Of a stretch of 64,000 bases of DNA, positions 12,486-24,104 are shown in pieces. The notes beneath the pieces are model-generated. The model saw nothing but the letters and a program-made list of their open reading frames with translations. It was not told where the DNA came from and did not search any database. The DNA is taken from contig CM074806.1 of the NCBI GenBank assembly GCA_037447605.1, positions 620,001 through 684,000 on the forward strand, read 5' to 3'. Made by a program: the position numbers and the translations under genes. This stretch comes from Zygnema circumcarinatum SAG 698-1b. Lineage: Eukaryota > Plantae > Zygnematophyceae. Every line of letters starts with the position of its first letter. Position 1 is the stretch's first letter.

Positions 12486-15400
12486 ATGGCGTCCTCCGCC
12501 GCCCTCCTCCTGGCAGCGCTGCTCTGCTTCGCCGCCTCTGCGGACGCCGCGCTCGTGAAGGCCGCGCAGCAGAGTGAGTGGCGCGCAGGCACGCGAGGCC
12601 GCGCGACGCGCGCATGCATGCATGCCTGCGTGAAGGAGGAGGCTCACGGCGAGCGGGTGGGCGGACTCAGCGGCGCTGCAGGCCGTGAAGGCGAGTCTGC
12701 GGCTGACGGACCCGAAGCTGCCGAACTCGTGGAAGGCCTCCTCCGACTGCAGCGCGTGGCGCGGCGTCAAGTGCGACGCGGCGGGGAACGTCGTGCAGCT
12801 GTGCGCGCCTCCTCTCCCTCCTCCGGGCAGAAGAAAATAGATTTTTTACCTTGCACATCTTTCTGGGCGGGCTGGGGAAATTTTCCATCTAGCACTTTGC
12901 TCATTGCAGACAAAGATTTCCTTCTTCCCGGAGGACTGATGTGCGGGCAGAAGAAATTTTTTTTTTTTGCACTTCTTTCTGTGCTGGCAGAGAAAACTTT
13001 GCCATCCTCCACTTCTTTCTGTTTGTGTCATTTTCTCGCAGCACTTTTTTTTGCACTGCTTTCTTTGCCGGGCAGGGCGCTAGTTTCTTTCATCTGAGCC
13101 TGGCCCATTTTTTTTATTTTTCCTTTTGCTATCTTTTCTGAGTGCACATTCCATGCGCTTAAAAGCTTCAAAAGTAGCGCAGGGGACACTCTTTTCTCCA
13201 AGATTCCAGAAGTCGCGAAAAACCTTTGACGAACGTCAGACCGAATTTCGAAATTGTCGTTGTTACAGACTTCTATGACATGTTCGACATTCCTTTTGTT
13301 TCAATCTTTTCGTTGATGAATTCTCCCTTCTTCGCGCAGAGCGATTACTCCAGTCGAATACTATTTAACTTACATTGAGTTGAACAGTACCGTTCCCGAA
13401 GTGTATCCTCTCACCATCAAGGGAACCATCTCGCCAAAGATATCGGAGCTCAAGAATTTGGAGATACTGTGAGTTCTGTTGAAGCCACCTCTAGGATAAG
13501 TGAGCGTGCTTCTCGTTCTGTTTGTCTTGATGGTTTCGGATTCCTTAAACCCACCAGATTATAAATTTAATTTCACTCTCGAGTTTCAAGTTTTTCGTAA
13601 TTTCTGCGGACTTTGAAAGTGAAGGGCTTGGGGCTGCTTGGCGCCTCAATTGACTATAATTTTAGGGTCGTAAGATGTTGAGGGAAATGAAGTTGCTTTG
13701 GGATTTGTGGCGCTTAAGTTGAAATTGTTTAACGGTGGTTGCTTAATCTACCTGCTTTTATGCTTTCTAAGGATAATTTCATGTCGGATGGTGGGAGCTG
13801 CAGTGTTTTTTATACGACGGGCCTAGTCGGAGACATACCGGAGGGACTTGGAAATCTGAAAAAACTCAGATTTCTGTAAGAACAAAGTCCCACTTCACTT
13901 AGTGCAGGGGTCGAATTCTGTGCATCGTCGTTACAACCGTGCAAATCGTTGGAGACTACAGAGAGTTGTAAGGGTTCAGCAAATTTCTTGAATCTAACGA
14001 GAAGAACTACAGGACAAACTGTTTCTTACTGCTTTGCTTTTCCTTGTGTGTTTGGGGATGCAGTGAGTTGAGTGGGAACAATTTCACTTCCAATATGCCA
14101 ACCAGTGTAAAAATGTTGACGAATCTTCAGTTCCTGTATACCGCCTACACCTTTTTCCACTCCATCAGCTAACCATTTTGTGGGCAGTTGCATTTCAGTT
14201 TCTTTCTATATTCGGTTGGAACAAAGAAATCTGGGCTTTGTCTAGATTGGCCTCAAGCTTCACTTTCCCCTTTCTTCAAGACATTTAACATGACGTGAAG
14301 TGTTTTGTCATGCCATGTGACTTTTACCATTCGTCGAGAGTTTAACAGTGAATTTTCACTAGTTAGGTTCAGAGGGGCATTAGGATTGCTGTTCCAGCGA
14401 CGCTTTTCGTTTAGGTAATGGCCAGTGAAGGTCTATTCTTCTTTTCTCACATTCTTGCATGTTTAGCTTGGGCGGTTTGCCAGATCTTGCAGCACCTGCA
14501 AGCTGAAAGGGAAATTCCCCACTGGAATCAGCAACCTCTTGAAGTTGGAGTGGTTGTAAGTTCACTTTTCCTTATTGGTGGCTACTTTGGGCTTTTTGTA
14601 TTTGAAATGTTCTGTTATTCTTAAGGAAAAGACCAGCTGTATGTCAGCTTTTTGAACTCTCTCGTAAGTCCTGAATCGTTTGCGTGTGAAGCAATATTGT
14701 GATGAGACTTGCTCATTCAAGAGCTTCTCCATGCCACTCCTTCCGGTGGTCCCATTTGAATGATGCATTGCAAATTTGATGTCTCAGAGATTTGACCGTC
14801 AATGCATTGAGCGGTAAACTACCGCCGGGCATTGTTAACCTGCCAAAGCTTACAACACTGTGAGTGCTTCCACCTGTTTCAATGCGATATTTCAACTTTC
14901 ATCCGTGCAATTGTCATTGACCGCCACGAATTCGCTGCTTAGTGGAGCTTATTCTGAAATGTGGGTGTGTGGCAGGGCCCTTGCAAATAACACACTAGGC
15001 GGGAAAATTCCTGTTCGCTCCACTCACCTGAAGCCATTGGAGATCTTGTAAGTAGTCAATGTGCTTCATCTTCTTGACTTCGCATTTTTCCTGGTGTGTT
15101 GAGGCTTTAGGGCTATGTTCCCCATGTATATCTGAGCGATAACCCATATCAGTGGAATGACCCAAACGTTAATAAAGCATGCTTCTTTCTTAACGGGCGA
15201 GTTCTGGGCTCTAATCCTCAGTGTTATGGGTTCCAACAAGTTTTCGGGAGAAATTCCAAAGTGGGTCTTCGCCGTTCCATTTGTGTAAGATTGCTGACTT
15301 ACTCAATTTTCTAGATTGATCTACTGAGATTCAGTGATATGGAAACTTCAGGAGACTGCTTGCCTATGAAGATTCCGCTTCTTAACAGTTGGAACTGTGC

Positions 15401-16908
15401 TTTCATGCATGTAGATGCACAGTCTCATGAAGGATAATTGCACTCGTTACCTTTCCATTTTGCACCTTCCACCTTTTCCCTGCTCCCCACTCACCTTTTC
15501 ACTCTCTCCCTCTCTCTCTGTCGATTTCATTTGTTTTAAATTTCTCCTTGTTTACTGTATTCCACTTTGCTCTCAGGCTCTTGGGTAACAACCGGCTGGT
15601 TGGAAAAATTCCGAAACTTCCAAACTCCACTTTTGTTATGTAAGTGCTTGCATAGAAATCAAGATTGAGAACCAAATTTTTTGTTGCAAATATGAATGGG
15701 AAAGATTAAATGTTTGTATTGCTTTCATTGAAACTTAATTCTTACCATTGAAGTGTTTTCGTTGGCCTGCCAATTCTCGCTGCACCCTGAAATGCGTCCT
15801 TTTTTTTTTTTTTGTGGGTTGACTTGTGGCGTCCTAAGATTTGTTTTATGTTCAAATCAATTTGTTATGTTTGTTAGCGTGAGCCTTAACTGATGCACGG
15901 CTTGTACAGCTGCATCATTGGTCTTGCTCTGCTACAAGATTACGGCCACTTTAGGACGTCAAGGGTGTCGCCATTTTGAGTCATTTAATGTTTCTGATTC
16001 TCGGAATAGATTGCCGTGGGTTTCGTTGTAACATATTAAGAAGTTTCATGGTGATTCTCGTAAGTCATTGCCGAGAATTTGAGCGTTTCATGAAGAGCTT
16101 TTGTCCTCCATTCTAACTACTGGTCTTCTCACTGACGCCTTGGATGCTGCAGTGAGCTGAGCTCAAACTACCTATCTGGAGAGGTAGTGATTTCAGAAGA
16201 GAGTTTAGGGTCCTCATTCCTTCTTTCCGGGAATTATTTCTCTTCTATCACTGGAGGAAGTCCCACTTCTGTGATTTTTGTCGATGACAACTGCTTATCC
16301 GGAGCCCTGGCAGTGAAATTCGGAAAACAGAAGAAAAATAAAGTATGCAATAATTTCTGCAATGCGAAGCAAAAGGGCGGAGCCTGCGGGAAGAACGGAG
16401 TCTGCGGCCCCGGCGGTGCCAAGGCCCCGACCTGCACTTGCAAGAAGGGCTACTTCACCTTCGTCAAAAAATTCACATGCACTAAAGGTAGTTCATCTCG
16501 TCCATTTCTACTGCCCCCTTTCTTTTTTCATTTTCTGTATTTGAGCTAAAGCATGCACACTTCGAAGTTTGTTTCTAACAACGCGATGTTTTTTTTAAGA
16601 TTGATGGGTTTTGCTAAAAGACCCCCCTATCCCTATCCCTATCCCTATCTCTATCATCCCTCTCCCTGTCCACCTCTCTCTCCCTCTCCCTCTCCCTCTC
16701 CCCCTCCCCCTCCCNNNNNNNNNNTCCGCCTCCGCCTCCGCCCTGCCTCTGCCTCTGCCTCTGCCCATCCCTATCCCTATCCCCCGTATCGAGAACGACT
16801 ATCCTGTTAGTTCTGTTTGTACTAATTCTTGTCACTTGATGCTCCGGGTCCTGCCCCTTAGACGTACCCACGCCATCAAGCGCCCCTCCGGTCGGAGGGA
16901 GCACTTGA
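12486..16908 (+). CDS. Secreted LRR + EGF-like protein (paralogue 2), multi-exon
   Basis: Same exon structure as 6048-10150 with alignable introns; MASSAALLLAALLCFAASADA; last exon 16862-16908 (DVPTPSSAPPVGGST*). Confidence 0.85.
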
Positions 16909-17620
16909 TCGGAGGCCATTCGCGGCGATTGGGCTGTGCGTGAGAGTGGAGGAGAGTCGTCCACTCGTTGAAGGCATTTTTCATCCTAAGGTCGGAAGAC
17001 ATGATATGCGAGAAGCTACCAGAGAACGAACGAAGGCCACTGGGTGGCTGGATGAGTGTAGAGGCAACGTTTGTAACTTTTTTGCTTTGAATGGGCTGGT
17101 GATGATGATATGAGGATGTTGCCATTGCCATGGTAATACACGAAACTATAAATTAGTGAATGGACTAAATAGTCGAAATCTACTTCTTCAGCAAAAAAAG
17201 GCTAGCATTTCAAAGTTGGTGGAAAGTGAAGAAGTCAAGAACTGATCCAACGTCACCTAAATTTGCGACCAGTAGGTGTGAATTAGTGTCTGAAAAACTT
17301 GTCAATCCACTATCAAATAAGTACTACGCAGGGTGAGGCTGTGCATGTCGCAATTTGGAATATGTTCTCAAAGCAATCCTTCTGCCTACGAATTCACTCT
17401 CAAAATTGTTCGATTAATCGCTTCCTATTTCGAATTTGATGTGTATTAACAGTTTTTCAGTGTGTCACCACCCTTCCTGAAGTCCAAATCATTGTCTAGA
17501 AGCACGCCCGAGCGAGGCTCGGGATAACATTTGTCGCTTTGTGGCTTCAGTAATCGCTCGGGAATTACGGCCGTTCTGCTTTAGCATAAAAACGTGGCCT
17601 TCGCTAGATTGAGTTACATT

Positions 17621-17822
17621 AGGGGGAGTCAGACCTTGACCATCGCCAAATCAATTTCGTAAGCCTGTTGGGCGAATTAAGCATTGGCTAGGTACGCATT
17701 TCGGTACTGCTGGGTACGGCGGAACCGCGGATCCCGACCCGGAATTCGTACACGAAAGATGTGACTTTTAGTATAAGGTATTCGGAAATTTCGTAAGCGA
17801 TGGTCAAGGTCTGACTCCCACT
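17621..17822. mobile_element. 202-bp MITE related to the AGGGGG-TIR family
   Basis: 26-bp TIR AGGGGGAGTCAGACCTTGACCATCGC with 1 mismatch; TSD ATT at 17618-17620 and 17823-17825. Confidence 0.85.
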
Positions 17823-18210
17823 ATTAGAGGAGGGGAGCTACTGTAAAAAGAGGGCCTCTGTGTCCAACGAGGACCACTCCCGCAATGCCACGTGGCATTG
17901 ATGTACGGACAACACGTCACAAATCTAGGGTCGTTTCGTATCCGTCATCAGGTGGTCGACAAACTCAAATCCGCCGCATCATTGAACCTGATCGTAGGAT
18001 TTTTGCGGCGCGGTGGACTCAGATCAACTCTCAAGACTGAGAGAAGGTGCGCTGGCGGGCTACAGAATAAGTACTCCAGTCTCACAAATTTGAAGTCTTA
18101 TCGATTTTGAAAGCTATGGTCTCTTTTTTAGTTCATGTGAGGTGTTCCACTATGTGTTTGATGCCATGGCAACGATAAAAACATCATAGCATCGGGGTGA
18201 GTTTTGCTTA

Positions 18211-18340
18211 GGGTAGTGCTAAATTCACACCTTTTTTGTCTAGGCACAGACCTTTTTCACAGGGCAGATTTTAAAATAGACAAAAAAACATTACAAATGG
18301 AAAATGCTCTTTTCACATCTTTTTGGAATCGATACACACC
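18211..18340 (+). mobile_element. Solo TIR remnant of the Mutator-like family
   Basis: GGGTAGTGCTAAATTCACACCTTTTTTGTCTAGGCACAGACC...GGAATCGATAC; resembles both A and C TIRs; no partner TIR found. Confidence 0.65.
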
Positions 18341-19078
18341 TCCAGCCTCCGGTCGACCCCTGCTCTCACGCGGCGCTTGAACTGAACTTGATTTTTTTTT
18401 TTCTCGCACTAGTTTTAGGATTTCAGGCAATTAACGCATGTGCTGAAATCTGTACATGTCGCGTTACAAGAGTCAATTTAAAATACTGTTTCTCATTTGC
18501 GAATTGAGTCAAGGTTCGGTTCCTGTCTCTGACGTCGCCTTCCTTTTGAGCATTCGCGCGGGCATCCTCCGGTCGGTGCTCTTCAAGGGAGGATCGGGAA
18601 GTATTAGGAAAAATGCAGCAGATTAGGTCAACCTACTTTAGTTGCAAGCATGTATGGTGAGAAAGCTTTGCTTTGCCAAGGTCTTCCTAACCCTTTTTTT
18701 TTTTTTTGACCTTTCGTTGCTAAAATAAGCAATTTGCATTGAGAAGCTTTAGTTCATACTCGCTCTATCTCCTCATTTGTTGCAGCTGTCCTTTTCGTTG
18801 GCACGGCACCAATTAAAACAACCATAAATTCCTCTTTATTGCCGTTCGAATTTATAAATACGGTGACCAATGAACACCACCGACCCATTCGAAAGCAAAC
18901 AAGGTATCGTGTTTCCCACTGCCCTGCCGCCATTGCTTTCTGATTTATTATCTCAAGGCGTCTTGCAGACTACGTAACTTAATGGTGGAGAATATGATGA
19001 TGGAGACTACCTTAGAGCTCATATTTCTCGTCCACTTCCAGAAGCATAGTCTAATTCCCACTATCCTTCCTCTCACTG

Positions 19079-22000
19079 TCAAGTTCTCCTCCGCATAACA
19101 GGTGGTGGCGGAGCGTTTCCTGAGGCGCAATAATCAAAGCATCAAGCGAGTAGTGTTAATGCAGGAGAGGATTTCCCTATACATTTCTAATCTGAAGAGG
19201 AAACGCGTGGAATGTTCAAGACATAGGGCGAAGCTAGGAACAGTGGAGGATTAAACGCAATCACACCCTCAATTAAGAAACACAGAAAAAAATGGAAGAA
19301 AGGCCAGCTACCTTTAGTGCATGTGAACTTGTTTGCAAAATTGAAGTATCCCTTATCGCAGGTGCAGGTCGGGGCCTTGGCGCCGGCGGGGCCGCAGACT
19401 CCATTCTTTCCGCAGGCTCCGCCCGTCTGCTTCGCATTGCAGAAATTATTGCATACTTTGTTTGACTTTTGACTTCCGAATTGAGTTGCGAGGTCGCCAG
19501 ACAAGCAGTTGTCATCTGCAGCGATTGTGCCGCCTAAAGTGACTTTGGAGAAATAGTTCCCAGCAAGATTATAATAGTTTTCAATATTGCCCGGAGTGAC
19601 CACCTCTCCCGATAAGTAGTTCGACTCAACAGCTCTGCAGCATGCACAAGTGCAGCATTGGAAAGCATTTACAATAGAAAGAAAGAATAGATATTATAGT
19701 TTATGATTCAGAAAATGTGGCAAGTACAGAAACGATAACTTCTTCATGGCTTTATAGCCAAAACCCAAAACCAGCTTTCCATACACCACAGTCGTCCCTC
19801 CGGAAGTCCAACTTACACGACGTAGGTATAATTCTGAAGTTTCGGAAGTTTTCCAACCAGTTTGTTATCCCCCAATAGCCTGCGAGCCACACAGAATTAT
19901 GCCCATGTTGATAGGCATAACGTACTTCCAATACGAAAAACTTTTCCAGCCAATGAAAGCAGTCTCCCTCTCCCTCTGCCTCCCACTCCCTCTCCCACGC
20001 CCCCCCCCTTCCGCTCTCCCCCATTCCCGTTCCCATTCCCCCTCACCCCTCTCCCCACCTCAACTGAAAGGCATTTTTGTCGAACTGAAAACTGGAGCCA
20101 GCAAAATCACAATTGCATTGTGGGCAGGTTTCATGCTTTAGTTGAACTCACACGAATAAGGCGGTGAAAATCCATTTGGGAATTGTGCCTGTAAACTGAT
20201 TCACGCTCAAAACCCTGGAAAGAACAGATCATATACCGCCCATTTACCGTAAAAAAGAAGCCAAGATTTCAACCTTAAAGCCACCCAATCGGTACTTTTC
20301 CGTTCACAAATATGAGGAGCAGAGAAGCCCAAAGTCCCCAATGGCTCACAAGTAAGGAATTGGCGCCAATTTGGAAGACCGGACCGGAATATTTCCGTTC
20401 AACGTGTTGTTTATGAACGCCCTGCAACAGTCCGTACAGCTTGAAATCAATTTCCAAAAGCAAATTTCGAAATGAATCCTTTGATGCAGACGTGGCTATC
20501 AATATGCATTCGGTAGCTCGGTGGATAGAATCAGTTGAGTATACTTGAGAGTTTTTTTTTTGTCGAGTGTGTAAGCTAGTTCATTTTTTAAAGGGAGTCT
20601 TTTATTAGTCTTTTTAGGTTTAGAGGAAGTACTCACAGCCATTGTAGATTTGGCAGATTGACAACACTCTGAGGAATTGCGCCGCTCAATCGGTTCGAAC
20701 CTAAATCTCTGCAACAACAGATTTCTCACATGGAGTCAGTTGAATAGGACGCCTGCAGGCCAAACAGCTACAAACAAGACGTGATGTATCTGAAGAATGC
20801 ATGGAGAGGGAGAGGAAGAGGAGGAGAGAGAGAGAGACGTCTCCCTCTTCCTCTGTCTCTCCCTCTCCCTCTCCCACTCTCACTCTCTCACCCTCTCTCG
20901 CCGTCACTTACATTGCCTGAAGTTTCAAGAGGCTTCCGAGTTCGGTCGGAATCTTTCCATTCAGGTTGCAGTCGTAGCAACTTCTGCGCCCCATTTAAAA
21001 GAAAAAAAATGAAAATAATTTCAAAGACAGAAATTGCAAACTTAGCCCCGACTTCAAACCCCCTACGGACCACTACTTTTATCTTTATTAAAATGTAAAA
21101 GAAAAGAGAAGAACATGAATAAAAGTAACTATGCAACGTACAAGTATTCCAAGTTGATTAATTTTTGGATATTTGAAGGCGCTGCTCCAAATTTGTTCCC
21201 ATCGAGTATGCTGCGCCCAACAGGGAAGTCAAAAGGTCGTTAATTTCCAAAAAATAAAAACCGAGATAATATGTCAAAGAATCCTGAGGAGAATTCGATG
21301 AGAGCAAAACCCTAAAATTCTTCACAATTAGTGGGAAAAAGGTGAAAATTCAGTGATTGCATTATTTTTCTCCTTTTCAAAATGGGCTTACAGAAACTTC
21401 AGATTCTTCAAAGTGACAATTTCCTGCGGAATGTCTCCGACGAGATCGAGGTAATAGAGGGTCCTGCAATGTAATAATTTTTAATGGAAAAAATCAGAAA
21501 AAAAAAATTCTTTCAGGCATCTCGATAACCTGAGAAACAAGCACTAGCGGTTCCAGCGAGCCTTTTAAAACCCACATAAAAATTAGAAAAACACTGAAAT
21601 CCCAAAAGAAAAAGAAAAAAAAGACATGCTTGAAAAAACGACTCCAGATAGTTGGGGACAAAAATCTCACAGATTTTCCAATTTTTTAAGCTCCGCAATT
21701 TTGGGCGAGATGGTTCCGCTTTTGGTGATCGGAGAGGTCGCCGTAATCGTCGGATCGATCTGATCGCCGATGAGAACGGACACGATTTTCGTAGTCAGCG
21801 TTCTGTACGGGACAAAAAAAAAAAAAAACCCAAAAAGGCAGAGAGAGAGAGAGAGAGAGAGAGGGACAGAGATGAGGCGCAGCCTGCAACCACTTTCCTC
21901 GCCACAAAATGAACCGCAAAAGCTCCATTTCATCACGCGTAAAGATATAAATAATAATAAATAAATAAGTAAAGAAGCAGAGGACAAGGCCCTCCCTCCC

Positions 22001-22694
22001 TCCACTACCTCCCTCCCTCCCTCCCTCCCTCCCTCCCTCTCCTCCCTCCCCTCCCACCCCTCCCTCCCTCCCTCCCTCCCTCCCTCCTCCCCTCCTCCCT
22101 CCCTCCCCTCCCCTCCTCCCTCCTCCCTCCCCTCCCCTCCTCCCTCCCTCCCTCCTCCCTCCCTCCCTCCCTCCCTCCCCTCCCCTCCCTCCCTCCTCCC
22201 TCCCTCCCCTCCTCCCCTCCTCCCTCCCTCCCTCCCTCCCTCCCTCCCTCCCTCCCGGCCAATGGCGAACAAACTGACAGCGCGACCACGTTCCCCGTCG
22301 TGTCGCACGTGACGCCCGCCCACGTGGCACAGTCCGCGGAGGCCCGCCACGTGGCGAGCACCTTGGGGTTGCGCAGAGCGAGGGCCCCCTTCACCGCCTG
22401 CAGCGCCGCTGCACCCGCCCGCCCGCCCGCAAGCGTCAGCCCCATACATACATACATACATACATACATACATACATACATACATACATACATACATACA
22501 TACATACATACATGTGCGCATGCCTTCATGCATGCCTGCATGCATGCATGTATGGGGGGCATGCTTGGGGGCGGCATCTGGCCAGGCATGCCCGCGCGTC
22601 ACTCACCCTGCTGCGCGGTATTCACACGTGCGGATTCCGCAGAGGTGGCGAGGCAGAGCAGCGCCGCCAGGAGGAGGGCGGCGGAGGACGCCAT
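19079..22694 (-). CDS. Secreted LRR + EGF-like protein (paralogue 3, more diverged, inverted)
   Basis: MASSAALLLAALLCLATSAESA; cap W.ASADCATWAGVTCD; 72-bp LRR exon TLYYLDLVGDIPQEIVTLKNLKFL; EGF exon CNNFCNAKQTGGACGKNGVC; last exon GNAPPPPVMRRRT*. Middle LRR exons were not all traced. Confidence 0.8.
21990..22254. repeat. (CCCT)n polypyrimidine/polypurine tract in intron 2 of LRR paralogue 3
   Basis: Directly visible. Confidence 0.9.
22443..22512. repeat. (CATA)n microsatellite in intron 1 of LRR paralogue 3
   Basis: About 17 perfect units. Confidence 0.95.
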
Positions 22695-23689
22695 GGCGCC
22701 TCCGCGTGGAGAGCTCGAGCCGAGAGGGAGGAGGGGAGGGCAAGGGAAGGGGAGATTGAGAAGGGGGGTGAAGGGAGAGAGAGAGACGGCGAGAGAGAGA
22801 GGGGAAGAGGGAGAGAGGGGAAGAGGGAGAGGGAGAGAGGGCGAGGTAGAGGGAGTGGGAGAGGGAGATAGGGAGAGGGAGAGAGGGATATGGGAGGGGA
22901 GGTGTAGAGGGAGAGGGAGGGACGGGCGGCCGCCAGAGGGCGGGCCGGTCCGGATAGGTCCGGCGGCGGAGCCAATGGGCGGCGAACCCAATGGGCGGCG
23001 GCGCGCACCTGCGGTGTTGAACGCTTGTCGTATTGGCGAGCAGTCAACGCACGGCGGTCAAGGGCAGCCTGGCGCCGCGCCGGAGTGGTCGACGCAGCGA
23101 ATGGGGTGGCTCTGTCACGCGTGGCAATTGCCACGTCGAGAGCGAACCAGCTTTCAGGAGAGTAGTATCTGCAAATCAGAGGGCGACACGTAATTAGTGA
23201 GCTGGCTTCTCTAGTAGGTTGCGTACAATGTTTTGTCGAGAGGCGGGGAATGCTGAGTCATGTAATTTGTCGTTTGCGACGAGACGAAGTATGCCGCGAT
23301 TTTGCCGGTGTATCGGTGACTATTGCCGACGACAACCGGTCGGAAACTCGGCCGGCGGAACTTCTGCCGGCTGGTAAAGACACGTTGGCAATACCGTGGG
23401 TGATCCGATATCGGTCGGTCCTGTCCAGCTGGCTAAGTACATGGCAATTTTCTATTGGCCTACATTTACCGACACGCGTTCGAAACCATTTATTATTATA
23501 TTTTTTTGTCGGTCACCTGGCGAGTACGGCTGAAATGGTCCGAAGCCCAGCTAATAACAGAATGCCACGTGTAGATCGCGTCGGTCATTTCAAGATTCCG
23601 CTCAGATCCCTTAATCTTCGGATTCTTTGGCACGTGTCCTGACCCAGTGTCGGCGCCGCTGTCGGCTTCTGCACGAAAGCACCGACAAA

Positions 23690-24000
23690 ACTCACTCGTA
23701 CGGAGTACTGACTATTTATACAGCTGCGCACTGAACCGAACCCACCAAAAACGTACGATCCGTCGCCTTTCATCACCCATTCGTACAGCCGATCGTACGT
23801 TAACGACCATTTGCGTACATTTCCAGTCACCTCTCCGTACATGTTTGTACACTCTCTTCGTCCGTTACCGCCGCCTTCTGCCGCTCACGTGTCCCTGTCT
23901 TCTTCCCCGTCTAAAAGTACTTTTTTACGTACGAAACGCCGTCAGTCCATGCCTTCACTGTACGGAAAAATTTCCGTACAACGTTCGTACTGTACGATTA
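23690..24000. promoter_or_regulatory. Dense GTAC/CGTAC cluster in the divergent intergenic region (candidate SBP/SPL-box sites)
   Basis: 14 GTAC cores counted in ~310 bp, versus about 1-2 expected by chance. Confidence 0.55.
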
Positions 24001-24104
24001 AGGTTTTGTCGACCTCCTTACCGGGAGGACCCGAGGGCTTAGCGGCGAGGGGTGGGGCGGGGTTCGGGGGAGGCGGGGCCTGGGGGGGGCGGCGGGGGGC
24101 GGCC

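Noticed and set aside
23811-24104. Upstream in-frame extension of the 516-aa ORF
   Set aside because: It overlaps the GTAC-rich promoter region; the ATG at 24105 places the signal anchor near the N-terminus, as expected for a type II protein.
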